Source: Octopus bimaculoides (taxonomy: Eukaryota). From it: DNA of 39,095 nucleotides. The number at the start of each line of letters is the position of its first letter. Within the stretch, counting starts at the first letter, position 1. The translations under genes and the position numbers were made by a program. Below, one piece after another: positions 1 through 12,229 of this stretch. Location: assembly GCF_001194135.2 (NCBI RefSeq), contig NC_068989.1:30212776-30251870 (forward strand), written 5' to 3'. The notes under the pieces were generated by a model that was not told where the DNA came from, did not search any database, and worked only from the letters and a program-made list of their open reading frames with translations.

Positions 1-61
<61 letters not shown>

Positions 62-230
62 GAACTTATTGTATTCAGTGCTCAGGTGCACTACAACTTA
101 GAAAAAGTAACCAAACTACATGAACAATACATAGACTACACACACATGAAGTGAACAGTGAATGAGTTGTTAAGTTTTGAAGAATGTTGTGTCCCAACAG
201 CTAACAACTGATGTGGGCAGTTTATTTTAG
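1..230 (-). mobile_element. 3' end of a CR1/L2-type LINE with (TG)n tail
   Basis: Minus strand reads NKLPTSVVSCWDTTFFKT, like the CR1-type C-terminal WN.LP..VV...FK motif, followed by a 3' UTR ending in the (CA)n run at 1-58. Confidence 0.5.
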
Positions 231-488
231 TTTATTAATCTCCATTTTTGTCTGAGTTTTTATCACTGAATCATAAAAACAGATAATATATCTATCTTGT
301 AATATAGATAAATATTGTCATTTATCTTCTAATATTTTGTACTCCAATTTGTTGCCATATTTACAAAATGTATGATTGTTTAAATACACTATTTGAAAAA
401 TTAAAAAGGAGTTAATTGAAGTTATTTTTTTAAGGTTTTAGTAAAACATTTAAAGAAAGAAGTTGTCCCTCTACTTTATTGCAATCAA

Positions 489-715
489 CTATTTATCTTC
501 ATAATCACTCCTGTCTACTTGAGGGTAATAGGCCAATGACACAAACTCTAAACAGCTGCTTGATCTGCTAGGTATAGCAGCCAAATGTCCCAACATATCA
601 CATACTACTGTCTTAAAAAAGAAAGAAAATATTGAAAAATATAACCCCTTATATACAAAAATGACAAGTTGGTCATGACTGGAATGTCTTTGGCCATAGG
701 TCAGATTCATCAGAG
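489..715 (-). CDS. Possible next exon or alternative terminal exon of host gene
   Basis: Acceptor tcttacttcag|CT is phase-compatible with the donor at 2268 and reads TLMNLTYGQRHSSHDQL... to a stop at 489-491. No convincing donor and no family motif. Confidence 0.2.
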
Positions 716-1202
716 CTGAAGTAAGAGTAAACAACAACAACCACTGCCTGAGGAAAAAATGAATTATCCATCATCCACCAATAGTATAAACAAAGTGAAA
801 GGATGGCATCCAGGAAATGACATTTTATGTAACTGTCTTGGACCAAAAAGTGGAAGTTTACTTTGTATTCATAGGTGCCCATGAAGTATAACAAGGTACC
901 TTGTATTTCCATAGTTAAAATTGGTGTTTGGAGGAAAGTGAAATTTTTATGTCATAGTCAATGTGTTATATTAATTTAAAGCTTACTAACTTGGTTTAAA
1001 AAATATTTATTACTATCAATACTACTATTGCTAAAAGTAACAAATTAGTGAATATTTGGTTTCTTTCAAAGAGATCAGATTGACTTTGCCATTCATTCCT
1101 CTGGGAGAGATAAAGCAAGTATCACTGATACTAGTGAAGCCAATTAAATATACATTCTCCTCTAGGAAATTTGGCCTTGTATTTTAAAATAATTATCTAT
1201 AT

Positions 1203-1366
1203 AGGCGTAGGAGTGGATGTGTGGTAAGTAGCTTGCTTATGAACCACATGGTTCCGGGTTCAGTCCCACTGCGTGGTACCTTGGGCAAGTGTCTTCTACT
1301 ATAACCTTGGGCCGACCAAAGCCTTGTGAGTGGATTTGGTAGACGAAAACTGAAAGAAGCCTGTCG

Positions 1367-1411
<45 letters not shown>

Positions 1412-1620
1412 GTGTGTATCTGTGTTTGTCCCCCCAACATCGCTTGACAACTGATGCTGGTGTATTTACGTCCCTGTAACTTAGTGGTTCGGCAAAAGAG
1501 ACCGACAGAATAAGTACTAGGCTTACAAAGAATAAGTCCTGGGGTCAATTTGCTCGACTAAAGGCGGTGCTCCAGCATGGCCACAGTCAAATGACTGAAA
1601 CAAGTAAAAGAGTAAAAGAG
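1203..1620 (+). mobile_element. tRNA-derived SINE, family A, full length
   Basis: Head with A box GTGTGGTAAG and B box GGTTCAGTCCC, CCTTGGGCAAGT motif, central (TA)n(TG)n, tail AAGTAAAAGAGTAAAAGAG. Homologous copies at 28949, 31352, 38456, 26839 and 30263. Confidence 0.9.
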
Positions 1621-2268
1621 TATATCATTATTAAGGCAGTGGAGATGACTATCAGACAGTACCAACCAACTCATATTCAAATTGTTTTGATGAAATTTGC
1701 TTCCTAGCTCTTAGTTAAAACAAGTCTTATAATAATACAGGGGTGGTGTATTCAGTTGACTATCACCTGTTTATTAAAAATCACAATTGTCACATCCTTC
1801 CCCTTCCTAGGTTAAGTTCCCTCATTATTAAATTAAAACTTTATATTTCTGAGATGAGACTTTCCATTTATGCAACATTTTTATTCTAGCCCCTTCTGCA
1901 TGTTTTCTAAAACTATTGTTAAAATAATTATTTTCAAAATCTTCCATTGGTGGTTTTATAATTCTTTTTCTATACTGCCACGAATTTGACAGCTTTGAAG
2001 ACATCTATATCAGTCCAAATGCTACAAAATTTTTTTAAAAATTGATTATCAATAGTATATTATTTTCTCTAACAGAGTCAATTGCTTAGCATTTTATATC
2101 CAGGAAGTGTTAATAGACATAAGGAAAAATAATATTCCTCTTTCTTCTAATGCTATTAATAACATAAGTGAAGTGACAAACCAGTTCCACAGCACTTGTA
2201 AAGATAAAAAGATTTAAAACATGAAACAAATTAACAACTACTGAGACTACTGAGTTGGTTATACTTAC

Positions 2269-2432
2269 TACTAGCTGTGGAACCAGTACATGTACTGTCT
2301 GATACTGTACTGCAATTACTGCGCATGCTGCTTGTCCTGCCATTGGTGTGATGAGATCTTGAGGGAATTACAGTATTGTGGACCCAAGCAGTCAGATTTG
2401 CTAGTTGGGCCTCCATCCGTTCCATTCGAACC
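2269..2432 (-). CDS. Internal coding exon, coiled-coil motif of the SRCIN1/KIAA1217 (AIP3-domain, p140Cap/sickle tail/CG32809-like) family
   Basis: Acceptor ttcattacag|G, 164 nt, donor A|GTAAGT. The spliced peptide DPETKVRMERMEAQLANLTAWVHNTV resembles the vertebrate SRCIN1/KIAA1217 motif D.ETRERM.AMEKQIASLTGLVQ as I recall it. The family call is by motif recognition only. Confidence 0.8.
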
Positions 2433-3884
2433 CTGTAATGAAAGGTAAACAAAAGTTATACATTCATTTATTCTTTTGTGAAAGGAGGGTTCAATCAAAC
2501 ACTCTGTCAGCTGGTTCCTTGTTATTTTGAAATTCTGAATTTTTATAATCTCATAGTCTACTTAATGTTAGACAGTTGCTGACATAATAATGATATTTGA
2601 GTTATACATATAATTCAAAAGTAATTCTGGGACATGAATGAATTCACTACATTTCAACTGAAAAATTGACATCTGTTCTGTCACAGTTTATCAATAAAAA
2701 TAATATAAAGACCATGGTCACAGGAAAAAAAAAAGAATGAAAAAAAAGAATATTATTTTATAACAACTGGTATTTAGTTTATGAACATGTATTAAAACAG
2801 TAACTTGATTGATGGTATTATGATTATAAGATTTACTTTATTGTTCTAATATCTCACAGGTATGAGAAAGAACTGTAAATAACCATCTCTTTTATAAATT
2901 GAGCTACCTTGTCTTTTCAGTATCTGCTAATACAGCTTGTAAGTCAGATCAACCAGAGATCTGTTAGTCTACATCACTTAATATCTCCTCTGCAACCAAA
3001 CCAATGTGATTCTCCAGCCTCTCCTGTCCTCATTATAATGAGTATCTTTTAACCCTCTGATATATTCCCACTTGACTCATGTTTCAGTACACAGAAGAAA
3101 CTGAATATTATTTACTTTAATTTCACTAGCTTAGGATGTTTTACAGTGTCTATGGGTTCTGCTGTTTTTTCTATTGAAATATAAGGAATAAATAACATTA
3201 CTGGGAATACAGTGGAGTGTAGAATCTGTAGCAATCAGTGATATTACCAGTAGAGGATGGAATAACAGTGAAGTTTGAACTGAACAGCATTACCACTAGA
3301 AAGCATGAAAATGAAGAATGAAATGGACTATGTTACTTCTATGTAGTACATTTAACAAAACTGCTAGTAAGGATTGAAAGGGGCACAGTTATTAGGAAAG
3401 GAAGAAATGTAATTTTCAGAGAGCAAGACATCGGAAAAGTAGGATACAGATGTGAAGAAATGATGTAGCAGTAGGAACCAAAAGACTGCCAGTTAGTGTG
3501 TTGTCTGTTGCACTGTATCATATCTGTGGCTATAACATATGACAATCTTGCAGCCCTATATGGCAGTAACATAGTGAAATTGATGAAAGTTTTGTTTGCT
3601 TACTGTGCTGTGTTCAAATTCATCTGTGAGTATTGTATAAAGAAAGATAAGCTTTATAAAAGTAACTTATATATAGAACATGAAGACAAAACCTTCAATG
3701 GTGCTCCAGTAATTAAATATGTCATATAAGTTACTATGAATGAGATAACTGTTACTTTCAAATAAAAGTGGGAATTTAGCTTTAAAACTCCCTCATTTTA
3801 ACTGATGTACTTTCAACTTTAAAATATTGTTTGTAAATAAAATTCTTGAAATAAACAGACTTAATAAGGAAAATGAAAGGTTAC

Positions 3885-4092
3885 TTAGTTTCTGGATCTT
3901 GAGGTGGTTGTGGTGTCATACTGCGTATCCTTTCAGTGACTGGCTCTCTTTCAGGGTTAGCTCGATAACTTTGAGAGCGCTGTAGCTTGCAAACTGGTGT
4001 ACCTTCCAGGGCTGGTGGTAAGTTTGAAGGAACTGAAGGTACAGCAGAGTAAGGTAAAGACCAATTAGGAGGTGCTATTTTACAACCATCTC
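3885..4092 (-). CDS. Internal coding exon of SRCIN1/KIAA1217-like host gene, not in the ORF track
   Basis: Acceptor ttcatttcag|GA, 208 nt, donor AA|GTAACC. Translation DGCKIAPPNWSLPYSAVPSVPSNLPPALEGTPVCKLQRSQSYRANPEREPVTERIRSMTPQPPQDPET; the terminal AA plus G of the next exon gives Lys. Confidence 0.85.
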
Positions 4093-4429
4093 CTGAAATG
4101 AAGAATTATCAAAAGATATTAAACATGAAAATCAAACACAATTAAAGAACACAAACTCTCTCTCTCTTTCACCCCCCCCCTCTAAATTAAGCTCCAGAAA
4201 CAAAGACCCTCAGAATCAAATATGGTCAGATTGATGTAAAAATAAACATACAAAGGTGTGAATGTATACACATATTCAGATGCATTATACAAATAAGCAT
4301 GGCATCATACAATAGACACATTGAAGACATATTGTAGCTTTTTGAAGAATTGTGCACAAGCAAACATCCAAATACACATAATTCCACAAAGAGGAATATA
4401 TAGCTAATCACAAAAAATCCTTTAATTGC

Positions 4430-6110
4430 AAATATAGTGATGTGCTGAAAACTGAGTCAGTTAATAGGTAAATGTATATATGTGTAAGCATGCTACCTGG
4501 TACTAATAACATTGAACATAAGAAAGGCAACACCTTCATTATCTTCAATTTTATTGAATGCATGCTGTAAGGCAGAAGGAATGTCCTTATGATAGAGTAA
4601 TAAATTCCAATATATAGGGCTATGTAGTGAAAAATAAAGTCAAATAGATATTAAGTTGGAAGAAATACATTTACAAAATCAGTTCGATTAGAGGATGAGT
4701 AAAGTCATATGTGAGGTGAATTTATGTGTTAGGATATGTAAGGAGTTTCAAAATTTTATAAAGTTTTGAATATTTTATGTTGGGATTGAAAGGATTTGTA
4801 CTGTCTACTGAGAATTTGGTATTTTAACAAAAAGAATTTAAGAGCTTCCAGTTATGCATAGGTAAAGCAAGGCTTCTTTGTTTCTAGTATATAATCTGGC
4901 TCCAGATAGACTGTTTCACTTTAAGTTATATTACGTGTTATTTTTTCAAAAAAAAAAAAAAAACACTTAAAAGTAGTAAAGTTGTTTCCGTGGTTTTTAG
5001 GAGGTTATAATGTTTGAAAAAGAGTCTCTCTGTTTGATGTGGGTTAAAGTTATAAAAATAAATGAACCTATCATCTTTGTATACAAGTGAATTTAGTTTT
5101 CAAATTAGATCGTAATAAATGTAGCTACAGGATTACTTGTTTTTATGGAAATGTTTGCTCCCATACTAATACTGAAGGCAATGTTATACTATTTTTTCGT
5201 TATTCATATAGAAATGCCATACAGAATATTTTGGAGTTCAAAATGTTTGTAAATATTCAGTGAAAAAAGTAGCTGATTGGTGTAGAGGTTCTAATAACAT
5301 TTTATTTCAAATTACAGGAATATAGTGTTGCTTTTCTTTGGAACAAATTTGAAAAATTCAATGATAGTTATCATATTGCAAAATGAAAAGAATGATACTT
5401 CTGATTCATGGTATAATTTTCTCTAAAATTTGCTAATTACCCCTTTATCAGTTTTCATAAAAATTATTACTCTAATGGATTTTTGTTCAAAGTTGGCTTT
5501 TAGATCCTTATTTGTTAAGGTTGTTGAGATGATAGTAATTCTGCTTTGTCATCAATATCAAATTCGGGTTAACCTCATTTAAAATGTTCCAATTTGTTTT
5601 CTTGTAAGGTTTAGTACAGAGATGATAAAAACCTATAGTAATTAGGTTCATCTAAGATTTTTATAATCTGATAAGATTATATAAATATTTTGTTAAAATT
5701 TTTTGTTTCCCTCAGTTTGACAGAAAATTTTGTCTGGATGATGTTGTTCAGTTTTCTAAATTCAATATTCTTGATTAATGAGAACATTTCTTCTTCAAAT
5801 AGTTGAAGAAGCTTGTTGACAAATAAGCATTTGTTTGACTTAAAGTTGTATTTAAAGTTATATTTAAAACTGCTTTTATTTGTGAGATAAAAAAGCTATC
5901 CAACTAATTTTCTCATATAATAGTAACATTTTTTTTGCATTAGGCTTGTAAGATATAGTTTCTTAGAAAGATTAGCTATGTTCTTTGCAGACTTGTCAAT
6001 TTCTTAGAAGGAGTACCCATGTTTTTGGTAGACATGTCTCTTTTCTTAAGATAAAGTTTCTTAGAAAGAACAGCTATATTCTTGGTCGGATGTATTTTAC
6101 ATTGTGGTAA
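4430..6110 (-). pseudogene. Heavily decayed Penelope-like element (RT plus GIY-YIG), family with the KNI/RW.AFF/INP.KS.IG motifs
   Basis: Frameshifted minus-strand remnants in the expected order: KNIA.LSKKLYL, WIAF, LFEEEMFSLIKNIEFRK, FDIDDKAE, VYKDD (RT catalytic motif, ~5075), FNP, YIG (~4610). Confidence 0.65.
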
Positions 6111-8330
6111 GTAGAGAGCTCAATAAAGAGGAAGGCTAATATTACTTGATAGTCAGAATAAGAAAAATTTCACAAACTAAGTAAATAGCTCAATACTAAA
6201 AGTAAAGTGAGAGGAATACTTCTAATTAATTATGCAACAAGTATACAATTGTTTTGCTTCTCAAGGAGCCATGATGTAACATTAAGTGAGGGAGTAACAG
6301 TAGTAAGTAGTACACAACAATTTTGGCTAAAGTAAAAAATTATGAGCAATAAATTTTATTAGTTATAAAAGAAAACTAAAATAGGCCATAAAAGGTTGCA
6401 CTGTAGGACAGAAACTAAAAAATGGTTCAACAGAAAAAAGTCGCATGAACAAATTATTGGTGACAAAAAATATGAATGAGCCTCAAAGAAAATTTAAAAA
6501 TTAATAATACAAATGTAAAGTTACAATTGGATACTGGCAGTGACATCTCAACAATAAACACAGATACATGGAAAAAGATCAGGAGACCTAAATTAAACGA
6601 AACCTTGAAAATTGCCTGTGGTGTTTCAGGGAAAAATTATATTTTAAGGGCAAATTGATAAGTAACATTACATATCGTGAAAAAACCTTAAAGGCTAAAG
6701 GTTTTGTATCCAGCAATACAACAAACTTGTTCCGTAATGACTGAATGGAATTATTTAATGTATGGGAACACTCCATCAATCTTTTCTGTAAAAATGTAAA
6801 TGGTTTTTCCTCCAGTACAAATAAGTTGTCAGACGAATTGAAAAAAAATTTTTTATATTTTTCCTGAAGTTCTGTCCGATAAATTAGGTCTGTGTACCAA
6901 AATGAAGGCATGGTTTCAAATACAAGAAAAGCCATACTGACATTCAAACAAAAACAAACAATACCATCCACAGTGTTAGAACAGATAAACTCAGAGTTAG
7001 AGAGACAAGAAAAAATTGGAGTTATCCAAAAAAAGTGGAATATTCTAAATGGGTAGCACCAACTGTGTACATTAAGAAAAAGAATAATGAAACCAGTGTG
7101 TGCTGATTTTTCCACTGGTTTAAATGAATGTCTTAAAATGTGCCACTATCTGCTACCTACTCTGGAGGATATTTTTACAAAATTAAATGGTGGCAAGATA
7201 TTTTCTAAATTAGATCTCTCTGACACGTACCTATAAATTAGAGTAGATGATGAATGCTCTATATACCTAACAATTAACACATATATCAGTAAAACAGGTT
7301 GCAATTTGGCTTAAAATTTGCACCAGCAATTTTTCAACAGATTATGGATGCAATGTTAGTGGACTGTAAATTTAAAATTCCATATTTGGATGATATACTC
7401 ATTAAAAGAGAATCCAGAGATCAATGCATAGAGCACATAAAATATGTATTTGGAAAAATTAGGGATTATGGCTTTTCTTTGAATGAAGAAAAGTGTAAAT
7501 GATTCTAACTGAAAATAAAATATTTAGAACAAATCATTGACAGAAATGAACATCAACCAGACACAATTAAATATATGCCCCCTCTGACTAATATAGTGAC
7601 CTTACAAACATTTTTAGGACTGGAAAATTATTATCAAAATTATATTCCAAGTGTGCATAAGGTGAGGGTTCTACTGAATAATCTGATGAAAAAAGATATG
7701 AAACAGAATTGGTTGGAAAACTGTCAAAAGGTGTTTGATGAAATGAAAAAATATTAATATCTGATTTGTCATTAGCACACTTTGATCCTGCAGTGGCAAT
7801 TGTTGTAGCTTCAGACAATTCTGAGTACAGTATAGGAGCAGTAATGCTACATAAATATAAAGATGGTAACATGAAGGCAGTGGTTCATACCTCACATTCT
7901 CTGACAGCAGCAGAGAAAAATTATAGTCAAATCGGAAAAGAAGCTCAAGCGAATATTTTTGCTGTGAAAATATTTCACAGGTTTTTACATTGTGGAAGTT
8001 TTCATCTACAGACTGATCACCAGCCATAATTATCAATATTTGTGTCAAAAGAATTCCTACCCATACTGCTAATAGGTTACAACACTGGAGTATGATATTA
8101 AGCTATCGTTTCAAGATGGAGTATATACCATCCAAGAAATTAGGTCATGCAGATCATCTATCAAGACTAATTTTGAAAAATGTAGAACCATTTGAAGATA
8201 CTGTGATTGTCACTTTGCAAGTGGAGAATGAAATTAAAAATACAGTTCTATACTTGAGAGATGAGGAATTATGTACATTATTTACATTATTTAAATTTGA
8301 CAGATATTTATCCTCATCTTGTTTGTTGTT

Positions 8331-8373
8331 AACACATTTCAGCTGATATTCCCTCCAGCCTTCATCAGGTGTC
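8331..8373 (-). ncRNA. Disrupted hammerhead ribozyme copy
   Basis: GACAC-CTGATGA-AGGCTG...CAGCT-GAAA-TGTGTT: a 3-nt deletion (CGT) relative to the plus copy removes stem III and the cleavage-site U. Confidence 0.7.
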
Positions 8374-9872
8374 ATGGGGAAATTTCGAACCAGGGTTCTT
8401 GTTCCTAAGGTATTTTTTGATGTTGTTATTGTTATTATTATTATTATTATTATTATTCAGGTCACTGTCTAGAATCGTACTCGGAATCTTGGGATTAGTA
8501 GCTCACTCTCTTAACCACTACGCCATATGCCTGTGGACAATTATGGAATGAATTTTAGGGCTTATAAATCTATTATTTTTCTATCCTTCCTCAATACCGG
8601 TTCTCATATGCTATTCATATCTGCACTCAGTCTGCTTAGGAGGTTGTTGTGTCCTAGCATATGTGCTGTTTCTTTTAGTTTTCATATTTTCCAGTGGTTT
8701 CTCTGTCTATTATTTTAACTTCATCCCACAGGGGGAGGTGGTCTCCATTTTTCCATACATGATCAGCTATACCTGATTTATCAATATTTCCTCATGTCAC
8801 AGCTTTGCGATGTTCCTCTACCCTTATTTTGAGAGGGCGGCATGTTTCACCTTTGTATTACCTACCACAGCTGCATGGGATGGAGTACATGCAGTTTTTG
8901 GTCATATTCTCTTCTGTTGGTGGTTTTACTCGAAGGAGATATTTACGAAGTGTTGTATTACTCTTGAATACTGTCCTGATGTCATATGGGCTGCATATCT
9001 TTTGTATCTTGTGTCATAGGGTAGACAGACTGTGGACCGTTTATTGGTTTCATCCTCTCTTTTCTTCATAATTGGATAGATAGTATGCTTTTGGGCTAGT
9101 TGTTACTTAATAGATTGTTACTGAGCCTGGTCATTTCTTCATGGTGGGTATCATGATCGCTACTTATATTCTTTGCTATCCACTCCAATTTTGAAGAAAA
9201 GAGAGGATGAAACCAATAAACAGTCCACAGTCTGTCTACCTTATGTGAAAGGCCTCTCCGAAAAGATACAAAACATATGCAGCCTATATAACATCAGGAC
9301 AGTATTCAAGAGTAATACAACACTTCGCAAATATCTCCATCGAGTAAAACCACCAACAGAAGAGAATATGACCAAAAACTGCATGTACTCCATCCCATGC
9401 AGCTGTGGTAGGTTATACAAAGGTGAAACATGTTGCCCCCTCAAAATAAGGGTAGAGGAACATCACAAAGCTGTGACATGAAGAGATATTGATAAATCGA
9501 ATATAGCTGATCATGTATGGAAAATAGAGACCACCTCCCCCTGTGGGATGAAGTTAAAATAATAGACAGAGAACACCACTGGAAAATACGAAAACTAAAA
9601 GAAGCCGCACATATGCTAGGACACAACAATCTCCTAAGCAGATCAAGTGAAGATATGAATAGCATATGGGAACCGGTATTGAGGAAGGATAGGAAAATAT
9701 TAGGTTTAAAAGCCCTAAAATTCACTCCATAATTGCCCACTGGCATTTGGCGAAGTGGTTAAGAGCACAGGCTACTACTACTACTACTACTACTACTAAT
9801 AATAATAATAATAATAACAACAACATCGAAATATACCTTACGAATGAGAATCCAGGTTTGAAATTTCCCCAA

Positions 9873-9918
9873 GACACCTGATGAAGGCTGGAGGGTATAT
9901 TAGCCGAAACGTTGTGTT
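9873..9918 (+). ncRNA. Minimal type I hammerhead ribozyme of a Penelope-like element (dimer type), core intact
   Basis: GACAC-CTGATGA-A-GGCTG(gagggtatat)TAGCC-GAA-ACGT-T-GTGTT: stem I GACAC/GTGTT, stem II GGCTG/TAGCC, palindromic ACGT stem III, predicted cleavage after 9913. There is one extra A after CTGATGA. Confidence 0.8.
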
Positions 9919-11275
9919 AACGACAAACAAGATGGCGACAAATATCCGTCAAATGTAAATAATGTAAGTAATGAAATTAGAAATGTTTTGTGTAATATCA
10001 TTTGTGAACTGCCAGTTACTTTACAAGACATAAAATTGAAATCAGAAAACAATAAATTTATTATGAAAATGAAAGAAATATGGAAGGTTAAAAGAGATAA
10101 AAATATGCACAACACAAATGTGAACAATTTCTCACTGTGTAACAATGTGTTGATGTATGCACAAAGATTTGAAGTGCCAGCCACACTACAAAAGCAGTTA
10201 TTAAAGGAATTTCATATTGGTCACCCAGGGATTTCAAGAATGAAAGCATTAATGAGAAGTTATGTATATTGGGCATTAATGGACCATGATATTGAAGAAT
10301 CTGTGAAATCATGCAGAGTGTGCCTTAGCTGCAAAATCACCTACCACTAAATGGCAACCATGACTAAAAACAGATATTCCATGGGCCAGACTTCATATTT
10401 GATTATGCAGATTCACTTAAAGGTTCATATTACCTTGTTGTGGTGGACAGTTTTTCAAAGTGGTTGGAAGTGCATAAATGTAAAAAGCCAACATCTGTGG
10501 TTACAATAAGTTTTTTACACAAATTGTTCACCAGGTATGGTATTCCAGATACCATTGTGTCTGATAATGAAACTCAATTTATGTCAGATGAGTTCAGAAA
10601 AGTTTGTAAAATGTTCGTCATCAAACATGTCACCACTCTGCCCAGTCATCCTGGACAAGCAGAGCATTTTGTTGACACTTCCCAGAGGTGTTGAAAAAGG
10701 CGAACAATGAAGTAATGAACGATTTTGCACTCCAACAATTTCTAAGAGTGTACCAAGTAACACCTAATCCTAAAACACGGTTGGGAATATCACCCACAGA
10801 ATTGATGTTTGCTAGAAAGGTCAGATCTGTTTTTGATAAGTGGATACTGAGTGAAAATAAAAAAAGCAAACAACAAAAATACTTCAAAATTCTTCAAGTT
10901 ATGTGACAAAGTTTTTTTTAAAACCTATAGATATGATAACGAAAGCTGGGAAGATGGTGTAATAACTAAACAAATTGGAAGAATGATATTCCTGGTAATA
11001 GAAAAAATGTCAAATGCAAAAGACGTATTAATCCACTTAAGAAAAGATTCATGGAAAAACGGTCATGAGAAATGATATACCTATGGAAGTATTGTACGAC
11101 ATGTTTGAGTTACCAACACCCAAACATTTTTGAAACTACACGTTCTAGCACTAGAAAACGGAAAAGAACGGAAACAATGGAATTGAACCCTAAACTTAAG
11201 AGATATTAAAACTTGGAGTGAAATTCAATTCTCAAAAGGGGAGAAGACAAGGGGGACTAATTCTAAAAAGGGAGA

Positions 11276-11482
11276 TGTTGTGGAAGAATTCTGACCAGCC
11301 CCGAAGGGACTAAAGGTGGACCAACTTATTGTTATAAATTAGAAAACTGTGAGTGATTGGTAGTTCGTGTTGGTAGCAGTTCACTGTGAGCTTTGTGTCT
11401 TGTGTAATAGTAATAGTAGTGCATTGTGTATATACCTTCTTCTCTCTCCACTCCTGCTCTGTTATATTATATATCTAATACA
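11276..11482 (+). repeat. 3' LTR of the Gypsy element
   Basis: AAAAAGGGAGA polypurine tract immediately followed by TGTTG... and ending ...AATACA (TG...CA termini). The right boundary is inferred from the CA end and the mariner fragment that follows. Confidence 0.7.
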
Positions 11483-11489
11483 AGGTTAT

Positions 11490-11602
11490 AAAAAAAGGGA
11501 CAACGTGCTTCCATGAAATTGTTTTCTGCTGGAGAAACAGCAGCTGAAACAGTTCTCATGCTTCAAGCAGCTTACAAGGACACTGACATGAGCAAATCAC
11601 AA
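11490..11602 (+). pseudogene. Mariner transposase N-terminal HTH fragment
   Basis: With one frameshift reads QRASMK.CFLLEKQ/GETAAETVLMLQAAYKDTDMSKSQ, matching the mariner N-terminal pattern QR..IKFC..LGKTA.ET..ML..AY....S..Q. Confidence 0.65.
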
Positions 11603-12009
11603 CCATCATCTATGTCTGCATACCTACTCTTGTTTTATATGTCTTCTCCATACGATAACAAGCATTGTTATTCAGCCTTAAATAACTCCCAAGTGATTAA
11701 GGTATGCTGGAAATTCTTTATTGCAAATTTTAAAATGTAATAACCATACTTCAATATGATACTTAACACTAATCCACTAATTTAACTAGCACCAATACGG
11801 GTCTATGATTTCAAACCTTAAATCTCAATTGTTTAAACACATGAATGTTTTGACTCTTATGATTTCATTTCAATTTTTCACTTTGATCATTTGTTCCCCA
11901 GGTGTTCTAATTTTATTTCCCATATGCTCAGATTTTAGATCTTACAATTATTGCACAGGTTAATTTACATTCTAATATTTTTATATCTCATATTCTAATA
12001 TGTTTATAC

Positions 12010-12072
12010 TTTTGATCTTTTTCATATCTGATAAGAGAAGTTGATCCTCTGTCTGTCTTTCCATCACAACAT
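12010..12072 (-). CDS. Candidate 63-nt cassette exon, tandem duplicate of the microexon acceptor
   Basis: Polypyrimidine tract then ttatag|ATGTTGTGATGGAAAGA...ATCAAAA|GTATAA (weak donor). Phase 1/1, open as VVMERQTEDQLLLSDMKKIK. Confidence 0.3.
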
Positions 12073-12139
12073 CTATAAGAAGAGGAAAAGAAAAGGAGGA
12101 GAAAAGTTGTTGAGAGAGAAATACAGTGTGAGAGAGAAA

Positions 12140-12171
<32 letters not shown>

Positions 12172-12205
12172 GAAAGATAGATAGATAGACAGATACTGTT
12201 ATTAC

Positions 12206-12229
12206 CATAATCTGTCTCCATCACAACAT
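12206..12229 (-). CDS. Candidate 24-nt microexon of host gene
   Basis: Long polypyrimidine tract then taatag|ATGTTGTGATGGAGACAGATTATG|GTAATA. Phase 1/1; would insert (H)VVMETDY(G) in frame between exons 35401-35610 and 3885-4092. Confidence 0.4.

Larger units (their letters stand above)
8242..9969. mobile_element. Inverted (divergent) pair of Penelope-like element 3' ends inserted in Gypsy pol
   Basis: Minus copy ~8242-9183 and plus copy ~9176-9969 both encode the RT-thumb end plus GIY-YIG (TVCLPYVKGLSE, MYSIPCSCGRLYKGET, R..EH, LKEA). Flanked by AATGAAATTAAAAAT (8227-8241) and AATGAAATTAGAAAT (9970-9984); Gypsy pol resumes across the duplication. Confidence 0.9.
6476..11200 (+). pseudogene. 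Gypsy pol (PR-RT-RH-IN) with many frameshifts and stops, interrupted at 8242-9969
   Basis: ORF fragments 6476-6658, 7299-7502, 7575-7757, 7766-8029, 8092-8346, 9988-10350, 10440-10694 and 10688-10906 carry consecutive pol motifs. Confidence 0.9.
6340..11482 (+). mobile_element. Ty3/Gypsy LTR retrotransposon (Mag/K02A2.6-like), decayed, 5' LTR not found
   Basis: In order: zinc-knuckle remnant KIGHKRLHC, protease LQLDTGSD, RT (FGLKFAPAIFQ, YLDD), RNase H (VASDNS, TDHQP), integrase (HIGHPG...CRVC, VDSFSKW, IVSDNETQF), polypurine tract, 3' LTR. Confidence 0.92.

Noticed and set aside
1203-1275. tRNA gene (also similar heads at 28690-28760 and other SINE starts)
   Set aside because: A and B boxes are followed by a SINE body and no full cloverleaf forms.
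6262-6330. Possible 5' LTR of the Gypsy element
   Set aside because: Only low-complexity GTAA/GTAG similarity to the 3' LTR; no PBS or TSD support.
6588-7115. 175-aa minus-strand ORF
   Set aside because: Antisense to Gypsy pol with no independent motifs.
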